IMG/VR virus record: IMGVR_UViG_3300032218_002273
Span: 17,764 to 81,763 of that record
DNA length: 64,000 bases
Reading direction: 5' to 3' (one strand)
Source: a virus
Taxonomy: Duplodnaviria > Caudoviricetes
Part shown: positions 7,824 to 17,793 of the stretch, in pieces
Numbering within the stretch: the stretch's first letter is position 1
Layout: each line of letters starts with the position of its first letter
Notes under the pieces: model-generated
The model's database searches: none
Seen by the model: the letters and a program-made list of their open reading frames with translations, nothing else
What the model was told of the DNA's origin: nothing
Position numbers and translations under genes: made by a program

Positions 7824-10142
7824 CTAATGCCCCTCTCTTAAATTGTTAGCTACCTCTGGTTTAGCAATAAGCTTCATAGCTAACTTGCTAGTATTCTCCA
7901 TGCAATCTTGAACTATCTCTTTTACTCTGTCAATACAATTCTTATTACAAGACACTACAACTTGGTCGTGAATTTGTAGACTAACCCAAGCATCTAACCC
8001 TTCTTCTCTAAATTTATAAGACATAGCTATCATAGCTCTGTTAACGATAGAAGTTGCAGCAGCTTGAATAGGAAAGTTTAATGCGTTATTAAGTAGGTTA
8101 TTATATTCCTTTCTAACATCTTTTAGTGTAGCAATAGGGGTAAAGGTCTTAGTTGAGATTCTTCTTAAGTTCTCATAATCTAATATACTATCTCCATATT
8201 TATTATGTATTTCTTTCACTCTAGGTAAGTGTCTTATTCTACCATACTTACTAACTACTCTACCATTAAGTTTTGCTTGAGCTAGGTAATTATCCATAGC
8301 ACTCTTTAATCCTGGAAAGTTTTTAAAGTAATTGTCAATCTTATCTTGAGCCTCTTCCTTAGATATGTTTAAAGCCATAGATAACTTACCAGCTTTCATA
8401 CCATAACGAATACCTAACGAGTAAGCTTTAGCATTTTGTCTTACCTCTGGATGTAAGTTCTTTAAAAAATTAGGATCTTTCTTATGGGCAGAGACTCCCT
8501 TTAATCCTTCTGTACTTATAGCTACCTTACTATAAAAGTCCTCTCCTAATTCAAAAATATCAATAAGAGCCTGATCTCCTGCATCATCAGCAAAGACTCT
8601 TGGTTCAAGAGATTCATAGTCGTCATCAATAAACACATACCCATCTTTTGGTATAATCAATTCTCTTAGCGTATTGGTATAGAATACAACTCTAGGATCA
8701 TCAGCACCATCTTCAAGAGGTCTACTGAGTTGTTGCATGTCAGAGCCATATCTCCCAGAAGTGGTGCCATGTTGCTTGAACATAGGAAAAAAGACACCGC
8801 TCTCCTGAGAGTTTAAGAATCTTTCATAATAACTTCCTTTAATCTTTGTAAGCTTATTATATACTCTGAGTTCTTTTGCCCAAGCAAAACCTTGTTCAGC
8901 TAAGTGTTCTATGAAATCCTCATTAAATTGCCCTGCACCTTTCTCTGTTCTAGTTAAAGGAGCAATACCCATAAGGTCAAAAACAATAGTACCAAGCTGT
9001 TGTTTAGAACTAATGTTAATCAAAGCATCAGTACCATCTTTAGCTTGTAATAAACTTAATTGTATCTCACGTATCTCATCCTCAAATAGAATGTTAGAAT
9101 CCCCAATTTCAAGAAAACAAATAGCTTGTACTTGTCTAGAACTAAGATCAACTTGCTTTCCTATTGCTTGTAGGGTTTTTTTATTTATCTGAAATTTACC
9201 TGTCTCAGTAGTAGGGAGCGAAAGATTAAAGTGTTTAGCTACTTCTTGAGCAAAGCTACCTTTATTACTAGGAGGCACTTCTTCTTTAAGTCTCAACTCT
9301 ACAAACTCTCTTCCCTCTTTCGTAGCCATAAGTGCAAGCACTACATTAATTTCAATAGTATTTAAATCCTCATTGATCTTTTTGTATAGGGATTCTAATC
9401 TTGGCATATCTAAGCACACGCCTTCATGCTCCATTAGAATAGTAACAAACTTATATAAAGGCATAACTTCTTCTTCATAAAAAAAAGATAGTAAGTTTTG
9501 TTTCTCTAATTCTTTTTGAAAATAATTAAACAATCTTAATGTCAGATCAGTATCAGCACAAGCATAAGTAGCTAGTATATCTAAGTCGGCCTTATACATT
9601 TCTTTATTAGCTTTAGTCCAACTCCCACCTTTTGCTTTTACATTTTGTTCTAATAGTATCTGTTCTTGATTAGCTACTTCTTCTTCTGATATACCAATCT
9701 TAGTAGCCAACTCTACTGCTATATCCTTTAATCCAAAAGGCCCCTCTTCATTCAGAGTATGTCGCATAAGCATTGTATCAGCGTATAAACTATCTATCAA
9801 ATCTACACCTAACATGTTAAACACCACTCTAGTATCAAAAGAAGCGTTGTGCATAATTAGTTTCTTTTTAGATAAAGCTTCTAGTATCGGTTTATATGAA
9901 CAAGGAGCACAAATCTGCATAGCATCGTGCTGTTCGTTGTATTTCATAATAGGAAAATAAAAGCCTTTGTTTACTTCGGTACTAAAAGAAAATCCTATAA
10001 CATCATCTTTACGTACATTTAATCCCATTGTCTCTGTATCAAAAGCTACAACATCAGCTAAGTTGATATGCCTTAAAGCAATCTCAGCATCTACCTTATC
10101 TTCAATTAAGTAATATACTTTTTTATTGTCCAGCGATTTCAT
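7824..10142 (-). CDS. polA: Family A DNA polymerase with 3'-5' exonuclease
   Basis: DTET, HNASFD, YACAD exo motifs; DYESLEPR, KAYSLGIRYG, IHD pol motifs; start moved to MKSLD at 10142. Confidence 0.97.
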   Translation of the reverse strand: MKSLDNKKVYYLIEDKVDAEIALRHINLADVVAFDTETMGLNVRKDDVIGFSFSTEVNKGFYFPIMKYNEQHDAMQICAPCSYKPILEALSKKKLIMHNASFDTRVVFNMLGVDLIDSLYADTMLMRHTLNEEGPFGLKDIAVELATKIGISEEEVANQEQILLEQNVKAKGGSWTKANKEMYKADLDILATYACADTDLTLRLFNYFQKELEKQNLLSFFYEEEVMPLYKFVTILMEHEGVCLDMPRLESLYKKINEDLNTIEINVVLALMATKEGREFVELRLKEEVPPSNKGSFAQEVAKHFNLSLPTTETGKFQINKKTLQAIGKQVDLSSRQVQAICFLEIGDSNILFEDEIREIQLSLLQAKDGTDALINISSKQQLGTIVFDLMGIAPLTRTEKGAGQFNEDFIEHLAEQGFAWAKELRVYNKLTKIKGSYYERFLNSQESGVFFPMFKQHGTTSGRYGSDMQQLSRPLEDGADDPRVVFYTNTLRELIIPKDGYVFIDDDYESLEPRVFADDAGDQALIDIFELGEDFYSKVAISTEGLKGVSAHKKDPNFLKNLHPEVRQNAKAYSLGIRYGMKAGKLSMALNISKEEAQDKIDNYFKNFPGLKSAMDNYLAQAKLNGRVVSKYGRIRHLPRVKEIHNKYGDSILDYENLRRISTKTFTPIATLKDVRKEYNNLLNNALNFPIQAAATSIVNRAMIAMSYKFREEGLDAWVSLQIHDQVVVSCNKNCIDRVKEIVQDCMENTSKLAMKLIAKPEVANNLREGH

Positions 10143-10368
10143 CTTTCTTAGCCTCCATAAACCTGATGATAGCATCAACGTCAGCTTCAGTCAAAGCCTT
10201 TTTACACGTGCCTCCAATAGGATATAAGTACATCTCTTCCTTTAATAATTTTAATGTTCTGATAATACCTATCCAGTATATCCTATTTATTTCTTTCTCG
10301 GTATATGGTTGATGATACTGAGCTGTAGTATGAAACTCATTAAGCGTTCTAAGTAATTCATCTCTCAT
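10123..10368 (-). CDS. Hypothetical protein
   Basis: Operon spacing. Confidence 0.55.
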   Translation of the reverse strand: MRDELLRTLNEFHTTAQYHQPYTEKEINRIYWIGIIRTLKLLKEEMYLYPIGGTCKKALTEADVDAIIRFMEAKKDEIAGQ

Positions 10369-10808
10369 TTAATTCCTTCTATTATTTTAATTAAATCTTT
10401 CTTAGCAACTTTTATATTAGACTTAAGCAAGTTTAATACCGTTTGCAATCTAGCTTCTACAGATCTATGAGTTTTAGTTTTCTTAGCTCTAACCTTACCT
10501 GTTCTCTTTTTAATGTTCTGCCTTCTAGTAAGCCATTCTAAGTTATCAACTCGATTATTCTTTTTATTACCATCAATATGATTAACAGTATCTCTCTTCT
10601 TAGCGTTAGGAATGAAAGCTTCTGCGACTAAGCGATGAACTTTCTTTGTAGTAAGTATGCCATTCTTAGATAGATTAACTTGTAGATACCCATCTCTATC
10701 CTTTCTAGGTTTTAGTTTTCTAGGTTTTCCTTTAGGTAAAACTCTGTATACATTTCCTTCCGAGCATACAGCATACTCTTTAAACCCCCTCACCACTTTA
10801 AGTTTCAT
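10365..10808 (-). CDS. HNH homing endonuclease (NUMOD4/HNH_3-like)
   Basis: VHRLVAEAF...VNHIDGNKKNN...NLEW. Confidence 0.9.
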   Translation of the reverse strand: MKLKVVRGFKEYAVCSEGNVYRVLPKGKPRKLKPRKDRDGYLQVNLSKNGILTTKKVHRLVAEAFIPNAKKRDTVNHIDGNKKNNRVDNLEWLTRRQNIKKRTGKVRAKKTKTHRSVEARLQTVLNLLKSNIKVAKKDLIKIIEGIK

Positions 10809-11110
10809 AAAACACTCCTACTCTTCTTAACCAACTTTAAATCTTCGGGATCATAATACGCACTAGTCCATCCTAAAATAGGTGAGAAGAAATAAACTCT
10901 AACAGCATCGCTATACCCTTTTCCAATAACTATCCCTTCCTTTTCCCCACTCTCAAAACCAATTTGATAGTGAACAAACTCAACAAACTCTCTACTACCA
11001 AAACCTACATAAGGTCTTTCAAATGCTCTAATACATTCTTCGGTGCCGTAAAAATATTTAATGGCTTCTTGTTTTAAATAAACAATATCTCCACTCTTAA
11101 ATTTGTTCAT
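10805..11110 (-). CDS. Hypothetical protein
   Basis: Operon spacing. Confidence 0.6.
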   Translation of the reverse strand: MNKFKSGDIVYLKQEAIKYFYGTEECIRAFERPYVGFGSREFVEFVHYQIGFESGEKEGIVIGKGYSDAVRVYFFSPILGWTSAYYDPEDLKLVKKSRSVL

Positions 11111-13074
11111 TAGAAACCTCTCCTGTTATCATCCTCGTCCTCATCTTCTTCAAGCCTAGCTCTTAAGTTCTGAAGGTTTACTCTCTGAGCAGGAGTGAGT
11201 TCAGCAATAGTACCCGACACTCCTTCCCACGCATAGTCTAAACTAAACATAGCACCATGTCTATTCTTCAAACAATCCACAGAATAATATAGATCATCTT
11301 CAAATGATCTAGGGTTAGCCCCCGGTCTATGAATCCATAGTACGGCATTAGCAAGCTCTGCAACAGCACCGCTACCTTTGATTGCCGCATAACTTTCTAC
11401 AGGCTTATTAACCTTTTGATTAGCTTTGTTAGGTTGTGATAGTACTACAACACACTTACGCAAAGAAGTAGCAATCTCTTTTAGCCCTTGAATAACCGCC
11501 ATAGATTTCTGTGTAGGGTCAGAGAAGTCAGCTTGAACTAAGTCTAGATAATCTACTAGCACTAACTTTAATTCAACTCCAGTAACTCTTTCAGTCTCTA
11601 TGATTCTATTCTTCATAGCTTCAACAGTCATACCTGACGATCTAATAAAGTAAACATTAGCATAGTTCTTGTCTAGAGTAGTATCAAACTCTTTACACTT
11701 CTCAGGATCTTTACTATCCTCGAATACAACTTTAGCTTGCTTCTTAGTATGCTTCTGAATTAACTTTTGATAAACATCTTCTAGCCCCATATCAAATGAA
11801 AAGAACATTGAAGGTATATCTTGTAGTGAAGTGTTGTTTAGAATCTGTAATCCTAACGAAGACTTACCTGATCCTGGTGATCCACCAATAACATACACTC
11901 TACCTATCATAGCCATTAAGCTTTCATCTAAACTCTTAATACCAAACTTGAGAATGTTCTTATCAATGTTGGCAGCAAACTCTTTAAACAGTCCGCTAGT
12001 TTGTTTAATAGTAAGAACATCATCTCTCTTAGTTGCGGCTGATGGAGGAACAAGCAAAGCCAGTCTCATTAGTAGCTCGTCTGTCTTTTCAGAGTATGTT
12101 CCCCCTTGCCAAGTAGATGAGTATACTTGCTTGATAATATTATTCCATATCTCATTCTTAGGAAACTTATCATCTCCAGTTCTGAGAGATTGTTTATCAG
12201 ACGCACTCTTTAATAAATAGTAAGCCTTGTTGTCGTCAAACCCTAATGATTTATAAGTAGATGCTAGTATCATTAAGGCATGACTTCTTTCCCCATTCTC
12301 AAAGAATCCCATCTCTAAGAGCCATTTAGAATAAGATAAATCTCTAGGTTTAGTAGACCAATCTAGCTGATCTAAGTCATAGCTAGTAGCTACTTGAGAT
12401 ACCTTTACTTCGGGAGTTTTATCCTTTAATAGTAATAACTTTCCTTTAAGGGTAGTTGGTTTCCAGTAATCTTTTATATCATCATAAGATATAGATTCCT
12501 TTGCCAACTCTTTGATCTCTTGTATATTAGTAGATTTAATATCTTCTACAGTAAGAGGGTATTTAAATAACCCACTCTTATCATGCTTAGTGCATGGCAT
12601 GCGAAGGATTCTAGTAGCGTTGTAGATAACTCTATCAACTGTATTCAAACCCTCTGCAAGATTCAAGCATACATTCTTAGCTTGAGCTGGAGTAAGCTCT
12701 TCGTTAATATCCATACTTACTTCAAATCCCTTATTGCCTGAGAAGAAAACTTTAATGTTCTCTTTTGAATAACCTTGAGTTTGTAATCTATCAATTAAAG
12801 ATATGGCTTCTTCTCTTGCCAACTCAGGATTATCCTCTGGCTTCTTAGGAGTGAAGTCAAAATCCCATACTAACTTATTAGTAGTTACATCAGTGATACC
12901 TGCGATAGAACCAACTTCATCAAATCTTTTCTTATGCTCCTCATTAAATTTAAAGATAGATAGGTAGTAATCTTTATTAGGCTTTAAGGTTTTATATACC
13001 TGACTTAAATCAGTTGTAGCAGGGATAAGAGTTCCCTTATCGCTAGTGCCTTCTGTTAATCTATAGTATTGCAT
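11110..13074 (-). CDS. Primase-helicase fusion (AEP-like primase plus DnaB/SF4 helicase)
   Basis: WDFD, FSGNKG, RILRMP; GSPGSGKS, LVDYLD, SQPN. Confidence 0.9.
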   Translation of the reverse strand: MQYYRLTEGTSDKGTLIPATTDLSQVYKTLKPNKDYYLSIFKFNEEHKKRFDEVGSIAGITDVTTNKLVWDFDFTPKKPEDNPELAREEAISLIDRLQTQGYSKENIKVFFSGNKGFEVSMDINEELTPAQAKNVCLNLAEGLNTVDRVIYNATRILRMPCTKHDKSGLFKYPLTVEDIKSTNIQEIKELAKESISYDDIKDYWKPTTLKGKLLLLKDKTPEVKVSQVATSYDLDQLDWSTKPRDLSYSKWLLEMGFFENGERSHALMILASTYKSLGFDDNKAYYLLKSASDKQSLRTGDDKFPKNEIWNNIIKQVYSSTWQGGTYSEKTDELLMRLALLVPPSAATKRDDVLTIKQTSGLFKEFAANIDKNILKFGIKSLDESLMAMIGRVYVIGGSPGSGKSSLGLQILNNTSLQDIPSMFFSFDMGLEDVYQKLIQKHTKKQAKVVFEDSKDPEKCKEFDTTLDKNYANVYFIRSSGMTVEAMKNRIIETERVTGVELKLVLVDYLDLVQADFSDPTQKSMAVIQGLKEIATSLRKCVVVLSQPNKANQKVNKPVESYAAIKGSGAVAELANAVLWIHRPGANPRSFEDDLYYSVDCLKNRHGAMFSLDYAWEGVSGTIAELTPAQRVNLQNLRARLEEDEDEDDNRRGF

Positions 13075-13388
13075 TTAGTCTCCTTAATAATTTCTCTAGC
13101 TAACCTACCACCATACACATCAATGTAATCCATTTCAACTTCTTGTGTAAGATCTTTCTTAATAATATATGATCCGAACTCTCCCATACTCCAATTATCT
13201 TTGTTAGCATAGAAGTTTAAGGCGGCTGAAAGCTTTCTATTTTGTTCTTTAATAGCTATGATTCTTTTGATTAATTCAGATCTATCCATAGACTTTTCAT
13301 TCTCGTCTACAAATCCACCATCCATTCTTAAACCTATATATGTATTCATAATCCTCCAAGAAGTAGAGACGGTTTTTATAACTATCAA
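13056..13388 (-). CDS. Hypothetical protein (true start probably downstream)
   Basis: Coiled coil, AALNFYA. Confidence 0.55.
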   Translation of the reverse strand: MIVIKTVSTSWRIMNTYIGLRMDGGFVDENEKSMDRSELIKRIIAIKEQNRKLSAALNFYANKDNWSMGEFGSYIIKKDLTQEVEMDYIDVYGGRLAREIIKETKCNTID

Positions 13389-13443
13389 AAGCCGACAAAA
13401 ACGAGAGGTTTATATTTACTTGGGCCTCTAGTCCAAATTGGAA

Positions 13444-13716
13444 TTAACCAATAACTGCTGTAACAGTAGATAAGATAAACTCTAACTTACCACCCTCTGA
13501 AAAGTTAGCTAATCTTCTCTCACCTTCTTCTTCTGAAATAACCCCACGCTTGACTAAGCCTTCAATGTGTTCTGCCATTGGAGTAATAAATAACTTGGCA
13601 CCTGCAGGTAGGTTAGCATCTTTGTTAAACTTAATGTAGTTGCCATTATCCCCACGCAATACAGATGCAACTTCATTGATGTAAACTTTTTTACCTTGTG
13701 ATTTCTTTGTAGACAT
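13444..13716 (-). CDS. Hypothetical protein, possible ssDNA-binding
   Basis: Lies between Erf and primase-helicase. Confidence 0.4.
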   Translation of the reverse strand: MSTKKSQGKKVYINEVASVLRGDNGNYIKFNKDANLPAGAKLFITPMAEHIEGLVKRGVISEEEGERRLANFSEGGKLEFILSTVTAVIG

Positions 13717-13718
13717 TT

Positions 13719-14300
13719 TTAGATTCCTCCGTTAGATACGTTTCGTTTAAATGATGATGTTGTCTTTGTAGGTTTGTCAGTAGCTACCACTACGTCTTTA
13801 GTAGTGACTGCTTCCGACACAGTTGTAGATGCAGCTTTCTTATCAGCGAATGATTTCTTATCATCTCCTGTAGCTGATGAAGCGTCGTTATCTTCTGATG
13901 CCATTCCTAAAATAGCTTGCAAAGAATATCTACGCAAGTATGAAAGAGCTGCTCCTGCCTTTTGAGTATCGTTCACTCCTCTCATCTCAGGGATTCTAAT
14001 AGAACCCTCAGAAGAAATAAACTGTCCGCTAGAGTGTAGCAGGATAGTAGTAACTCCGATTGTTTCTAATACATTCATTGTACCATTTGATTCATAATCA
14101 ATAGTTGAGCTAGTTTTACCTACAAGCTGTGTAAAAGATAAACCATGCTTAGGTAATACCTTCTTAGCTTCCTCAATAACTGTAGCTAGATCTGAGTAGT
14201 TATATCCATGCCCCTTACTATCTTTCTTAGCTGATGTTAGTTCTGCTTGAGCTTTAGCTAAGGCTGTAGCTAACTCGTTAATTTGATCTGACTTCTGCAT
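13719..14300 (-). CDS. erf: ERF-family ssDNA annealing protein
   Basis: LATALAKAQ, YNYSDL, HSSGQ, GAALSYLRRYSL..ILG....DND. Confidence 0.92.
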   Translation of the reverse strand: MQKSDQINELATALAKAQAELTSAKKDSKGHGYNYSDLATVIEEAKKVLPKHGLSFTQLVGKTSSTIDYESNGTMNVLETIGVTTILLHSSGQFISSEGSIRIPEMRGVNDTQKAGAALSYLRRYSLQAILGMASEDNDASSATGDDKKSFADKKAASTTVSEAVTTKDVVVATDKPTKTTSSFKRNVSNGGI

Positions 14301-14478
14301 TTCTTTCTCCTATTTGTTTTGCTACATTTAAAGTAGCATTAATTGCAAGGATGATTATACTTAATATCTCTGATGTTTGCAACACATCTTTGTGACCTAA
14401 AATAAAACTTGCTGTGAAAATAATCATCATAGTTATTAGTAAGGAATCTATTACATCTAAAAATTTACTCTTATTCAT
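14278..14478 (-). CDS. Small membrane protein
   Basis: Two hydrophobic segments. Confidence 0.55.
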   Translation of the reverse strand: MNKSKFLDVIDSLLITMMIIFTASFILGHKDVLQTSEILSIIILAINATLNVAKQIGERNAEVRSN

Positions 14479-14479
14479 T

Positions 14480-14719
14480 TTAAATAATTCCCCCCTCTTC
14501 TAAGGAATCTATATCTTCATCAAGCTTTTTTACTTCTTCACTTAATGCACTTAACATAATCTTAGCATCTTCTGATAATTGATTAGGCTCGGAAAGCTGT
14601 AGCCCTTTGTCTGCAGATTTAAGTAATACTTTAATAGCATCGCTTTGTCTTTTTAATGTCCAATCAGAAATGTCATTACTCATTTGTAGTCTCCTCTTGT
14701 TGATTATATTGAGCATCAT
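14480..14719 (-). CDS. Hypothetical protein
   Basis: Likely start at MSNDI after AGGAG. Confidence 0.55.
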   Translation of the reverse strand: MMLNIINKRRLQMSNDISDWTLKRQSDAIKVLLKSADKGLQLSEPNQLSEDAKIMLSALSEEVKKLDEDIDSLEEGGII

Positions 14720-14730
14720 CTGCTCCGTTA

Positions 14731-15600
14731 TTATTTTTCTTCTTTAACATATAAACCATCTGTGGAATCTTTCCAACAGTATCCATAATAATCGCATCTC
14801 TTACCAAATGCAAAACATTTTTTCTTAGGTTGTTTTTTAAATTTTTCAGACTTGATGTTCTGTATGGTTTGTGCGAACTCGTCTAATACTTCTTCTTGTA
14901 GTTCTGCAGGAACTTCTCCAACAATACATTGAGTAGCGTAATTCTTTTTGTTCATGGTTAAGAAACCTGCATACTTTACATCTTCTGCAAAAGTATACAA
15001 AGCTGTCTGATGCTTTGTCATATAGCTATTCTGTGGGTATGGAGTGCTTGTGGATTTGTTATCTAGGATAGCTCTGACAACTTGCCCGTTATCTAACTCT
15101 ATCTCTGCCTCTAAGTCTATGATGCCAGTAATAGTATCATCAGTAGTAGTTCCATCGTCCGACATTCCTAGTAAGCTTATTTCTTTCTGAATAGAAATAA
15201 CCTTTTTGATTCTGGGCAACAATTCTTTATAATAGGAATCCAATAACTTAAGTCCTTTGTAGTGCATTGATAGCCAGTTAGCTCTGTGATCTCTTAGCTT
15301 GTCATCTTGAATAGAATCTAAATCAGCACAATCTTTTTCAGACAGTAACTCCATATCCAAATCAGACTTGTAGTAATCTATAATGGGTTTGTGTTCATAC
15401 TCTGCCCATTCCATCCAGAAGATAGACTTAGCTTGATCTAAATCTTTATGCTCAAGTAAGTGATTCAAAGCATCGTCTAATGCACTACCAAATACTAAGG
15501 CTGAACCAATTCTCTCAGGACGAATCTTATCTATGTAATGTAACTTGTACATCATAGAACATTGAGAGTACTTTTCTTTTCCTGAGAAACTAATCTTCAT
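14731..15600 (-). CDS. PD-(D/E)xK exonuclease (RecB/Cas4-like)
   Basis: SFS....C, GIID, LDNKS, Q..LY, C..C.Y..YC. Confidence 0.88.
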   Translation of the reverse strand: MKISFSGKEKYSQCSMMYKLHYIDKIRPERIGSALVFGSALDDALNHLLEHKDLDQAKSIFWMEWAEYEHKPIIDYYKSDLDMELLSEKDCADLDSIQDDKLRDHRANWLSMHYKGLKLLDSYYKELLPRIKKVISIQKEISLLGMSDDGTTTDDTITGIIDLEAEIELDNGQVVRAILDNKSTSTPYPQNSYMTKHQTALYTFAEDVKYAGFLTMNKKNYATQCIVGEVPAELQEEVLDEFAQTIQNIKSEKFKKQPKKKCFAFGKRCDYYGYCWKDSTDGLYVKEEK

Positions 15601-15941
15601 TCTTCTTTTCCTTGTTTTCTAAAAATTGTACTGTTTCTCTGGTCTGTTGACGAAGAGACAAAGTTGTAATTTGCATCAAAGTTGATATTTACTGAGTCTC
15701 TAATACATACGCATAAAACTGTTCCAGCTTTTACAGAAGGATCGTCGATAAAATCAGGGTCAGTATATTCTTTGTACTCTACGCCAAATTCATTTAACAA
15801 TCGAACAAGCTTTCCATAGTCTGTAAAAAGATCACGCAATCTAGCATTTTCTTTTTCTAGTTCTTTTAGTTTTTTTTCTAATTGTATTGAATAATCTACT
15901 GAATTTTTAGCTATAATAAAAACATCTTTATTTATTATCAT
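15597..15941 (-). CDS. Hypothetical protein
   Basis: Operon spacing. Confidence 0.6.
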   Translation of the reverse strand: MIINKDVFIIAKNSVDYSIQLEKKLKELEKENARLRDLFTDYGKLVRLLNEFGVEYKEYTDPDFIDDPSVKAGTVLCVCIRDSVNINFDANYNFVSSSTDQRNSTIFRKQGKEE

Positions 15942-16180
15942 TCTTCACTTCCTTGATATAAATCTATACACTCTACTTTATAATAACTTACAAATACTAC
16001 ATAGCCATCATCAACTTCTTGTATATCAAAAAGAGTATTTGATTTGTCTCTTATACGTTTTTCTTTTTCGGAGTGTTGTTTAGCTAGAGCTAAACATTTA
16101 TCCCTAGCATCTTCTTTATTTGTAAATGCGGCAACTAAACTACCACCCTTAGTTGCAATAAATATTTTTGTTACGCTCAT
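15938..16180 (-). CDS. Hypothetical protein
   Basis: Start moved to MSVTK after GGAGGGG. Confidence 0.55.
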   Translation of the reverse strand: MSVTKIFIATKGGSLVAAFTNKEDARDKCLALAKQHSEKEKRIRDKSNTLFDIQEVDDGYVVFVSYYKVECIDLYQGSEE

Positions 16181-16320
16181 CGCCCCTCCATTAAACTGGC
16201 TGATACAACACCAACCAAACCACCATAATAACAAAAGGCACCACGCTATATTTTAACGGACGCTTCGCAAATAGACATGCTACCCCCAGCATGGCAAAGC
16301 CCCATAATAATATCGTAGAC

Positions 16321-16509
16321 TTAATAATTATATCTAGCACGACTGACTCCTCCAAAGATTACCATCAGTGCAAACCATGTAGCACTAAGAATACCATAAG
16401 ATAAAGATAAAGAAAAGTCCGACATAAGTAATCCATACATCGCAACTAATCCAGTGGATACAAAACTAAATGCTGATATAAAAGATACAATGTGCATTAA
16501 TGTTTTCAT
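16321..16509 (-). CDS. Small membrane protein
   Basis: Hydrophobic throughout. Confidence 0.55.
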   Translation of the reverse strand: MKTLMHIVSFISAFSFVSTGLVAMYGLLMSDFSLSLSYGILSATWFALMVIFGGVSRARYNY

Positions 16510-16865
16510 ATAAAATCCCCCATCTCTACTAGACTTAATAAATATTCTAAATGAGCAAAGGCTTGCGCTCTAGATGGAAACTTTCTTTTCTCTAATAGAA
16601 ATACATTAGGCATAGTTCCCTCTGACATAACCTCTGTTCTAAATAATATAACTTCATTATCATTACTGACACCCACCGAAGTAAATACTTTCCCTCTTAC
16701 ATGATTCTTACTAGAAGGCATCTCTACTAATTTATTAGCTTGGCTAGATTCCTCTGCACTTAATTCCTGATTAGGAGATTTAATGTTAGCACCACCATCA
16801 TTAAGATAAGCAATAAGATCCTTTGCCTTTACTCCAAGTTCTTTAGCCTTCTCGTGTAGCTTCAT
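16506..16865 (-). CDS. Protein with IF2 N-terminal (IF2_N)-like domain
   Basis: MKLHEKAKELGVKAKDLIAYLNDGGANIKSPNQELSAE matches the xxELAKELGxxxKxLxxxLxxxGxxxKS pattern. Confidence 0.7.
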   Translation of the reverse strand: MKLHEKAKELGVKAKDLIAYLNDGGANIKSPNQELSAEESSQANKLVEMPSSKNHVRGKVFTSVGVSNDNEVILFRTEVMSEGTMPNVFLLEKRKFPSRAQAFAHLEYLLSLVEMGDFI

Positions 16866-17082
16866 CTTTACTCTCCTTTGATTTAATTATACTCTGTACT
16901 TTTTCTTTCATAGCATCATCAAACAACTTAACTCTATTGTCATTCTCTCGTATGTGATTGATTGCTGATTGAAGCTTAGCTCTATCAAAGAAATCTTCGG
17001 GCATATGAAATTCATTAGTGTCAAAGTTTATCTGATTCATAATTGTTTGTATCGCTGTTAATGTATCCATGCTAATCCTCAT
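16843..17082 (-). CDS. Hypothetical protein
   Basis: Operon spacing. Confidence 0.55.
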   Translation of the reverse strand: MRISMDTLTAIQTIMNQINFDTNEFHMPEDFFDRAKLQSAINHIRENDNRVKLFDDAMKEKVQSIIKSKESKDEATREG

Positions 17083-17209
17083 CTTCTTCTAACATTTCAA
17101 AACAGTTATCACATACTCTCCACCCATGGTCATACTTCCATAATGTTGGAAACTCATCACCACATTCATCACATATTAAAACTAAATCATCTTCCTCTGA
17201 GTCTTTCAT
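17072..17209 (-). CDS. Small acidic Zn-finger protein (not in ORF track)
   Basis: Hand-translated MKDSEEDDLVLICDECGDE...VCDNCFEMLEEDED. Confidence 0.5.
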   Translation of the reverse strand: MKDSEEDDLVLICDECGDEFPTLWKYDHGWRVCDNCFEMLEEDED

Positions 17210-17564
17210 TTATTCTACTCCTGTTTATTTCTAAAGCTTCTTGTGTTGGAGCATAATCATTCATGTACTCGCTATCACAATCAAAGATAGTGGAGTCTCT
17301 GTATGTAGGATTATAGCCCCTTTGTAACATCTCGTCAACTAAAGATTCAAATCTCTTTTTAAGAAACTCCATCTTATCGAAAAAGAATTTAACATGCCCC
17401 TTACCTAATACATACTGTTTAGGTATCTCTTCTAAACTAAAAGGCTTACTCTTTCTATTTAAGGCTATCCTTAAATTCTTTGGTAGCCTCGTGATCTCAC
17501 GATACTCTGCTACCAAGTGTTTAGTAGATAGCTCTTTAGGTTGCACTAAGTTTATTCGTGTCAT
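17187..17564 (-). CDS. denV: Pyrimidine-dimer DNA glycosylase (endonuclease V)
   Basis: MTRINL, HLVAEYRE, LGKGHVKFF, EM..RG. Confidence 0.95.
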   Translation of the reverse strand: MTRINLVQPKELSTKHLVAEYREITRLPKNLRIALNRKSKPFSLEEIPKQYVLGKGHVKFFFDKMEFLKKRFESLVDEMLQRGYNPTYRDSTIFDCDSEYMNDYAPTQEALEINRSRINERLRGR

Positions 17565-17571
17565 ATATCTC

Positions 17572-17793
17572 CTAGATTATTGGGGCTAAGATTCCTTCAA
17601 TGTCATAGGCTGTTAAGGTTGTTAATGTTTCAAAGTCTTGATCCATCTTAACAGAGATAGCATTATCATCTTCTAGATAAATGATTGCCTCTTCTGTATT
17701 TGGGGAAGTTAGTATCATGGATATTTTATTTATATTAACAAAACATACATCATTATCTGTGTCTGTTAATTTTATTAATGTTACTCCTAGCAT
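17572..17793 (-). CDS. FlbD-like small protein
   Basis: LIKLT.....FVN...I..I pattern; start moved after AAGGAG. Confidence 0.4.
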   Translation of the reverse strand: MLGVTLIKLTDTDNDVCFVNINKISMILTSPNTEEAIIYLEDDNAISVKMDQDFETLTTLTAYDIEGILAPII

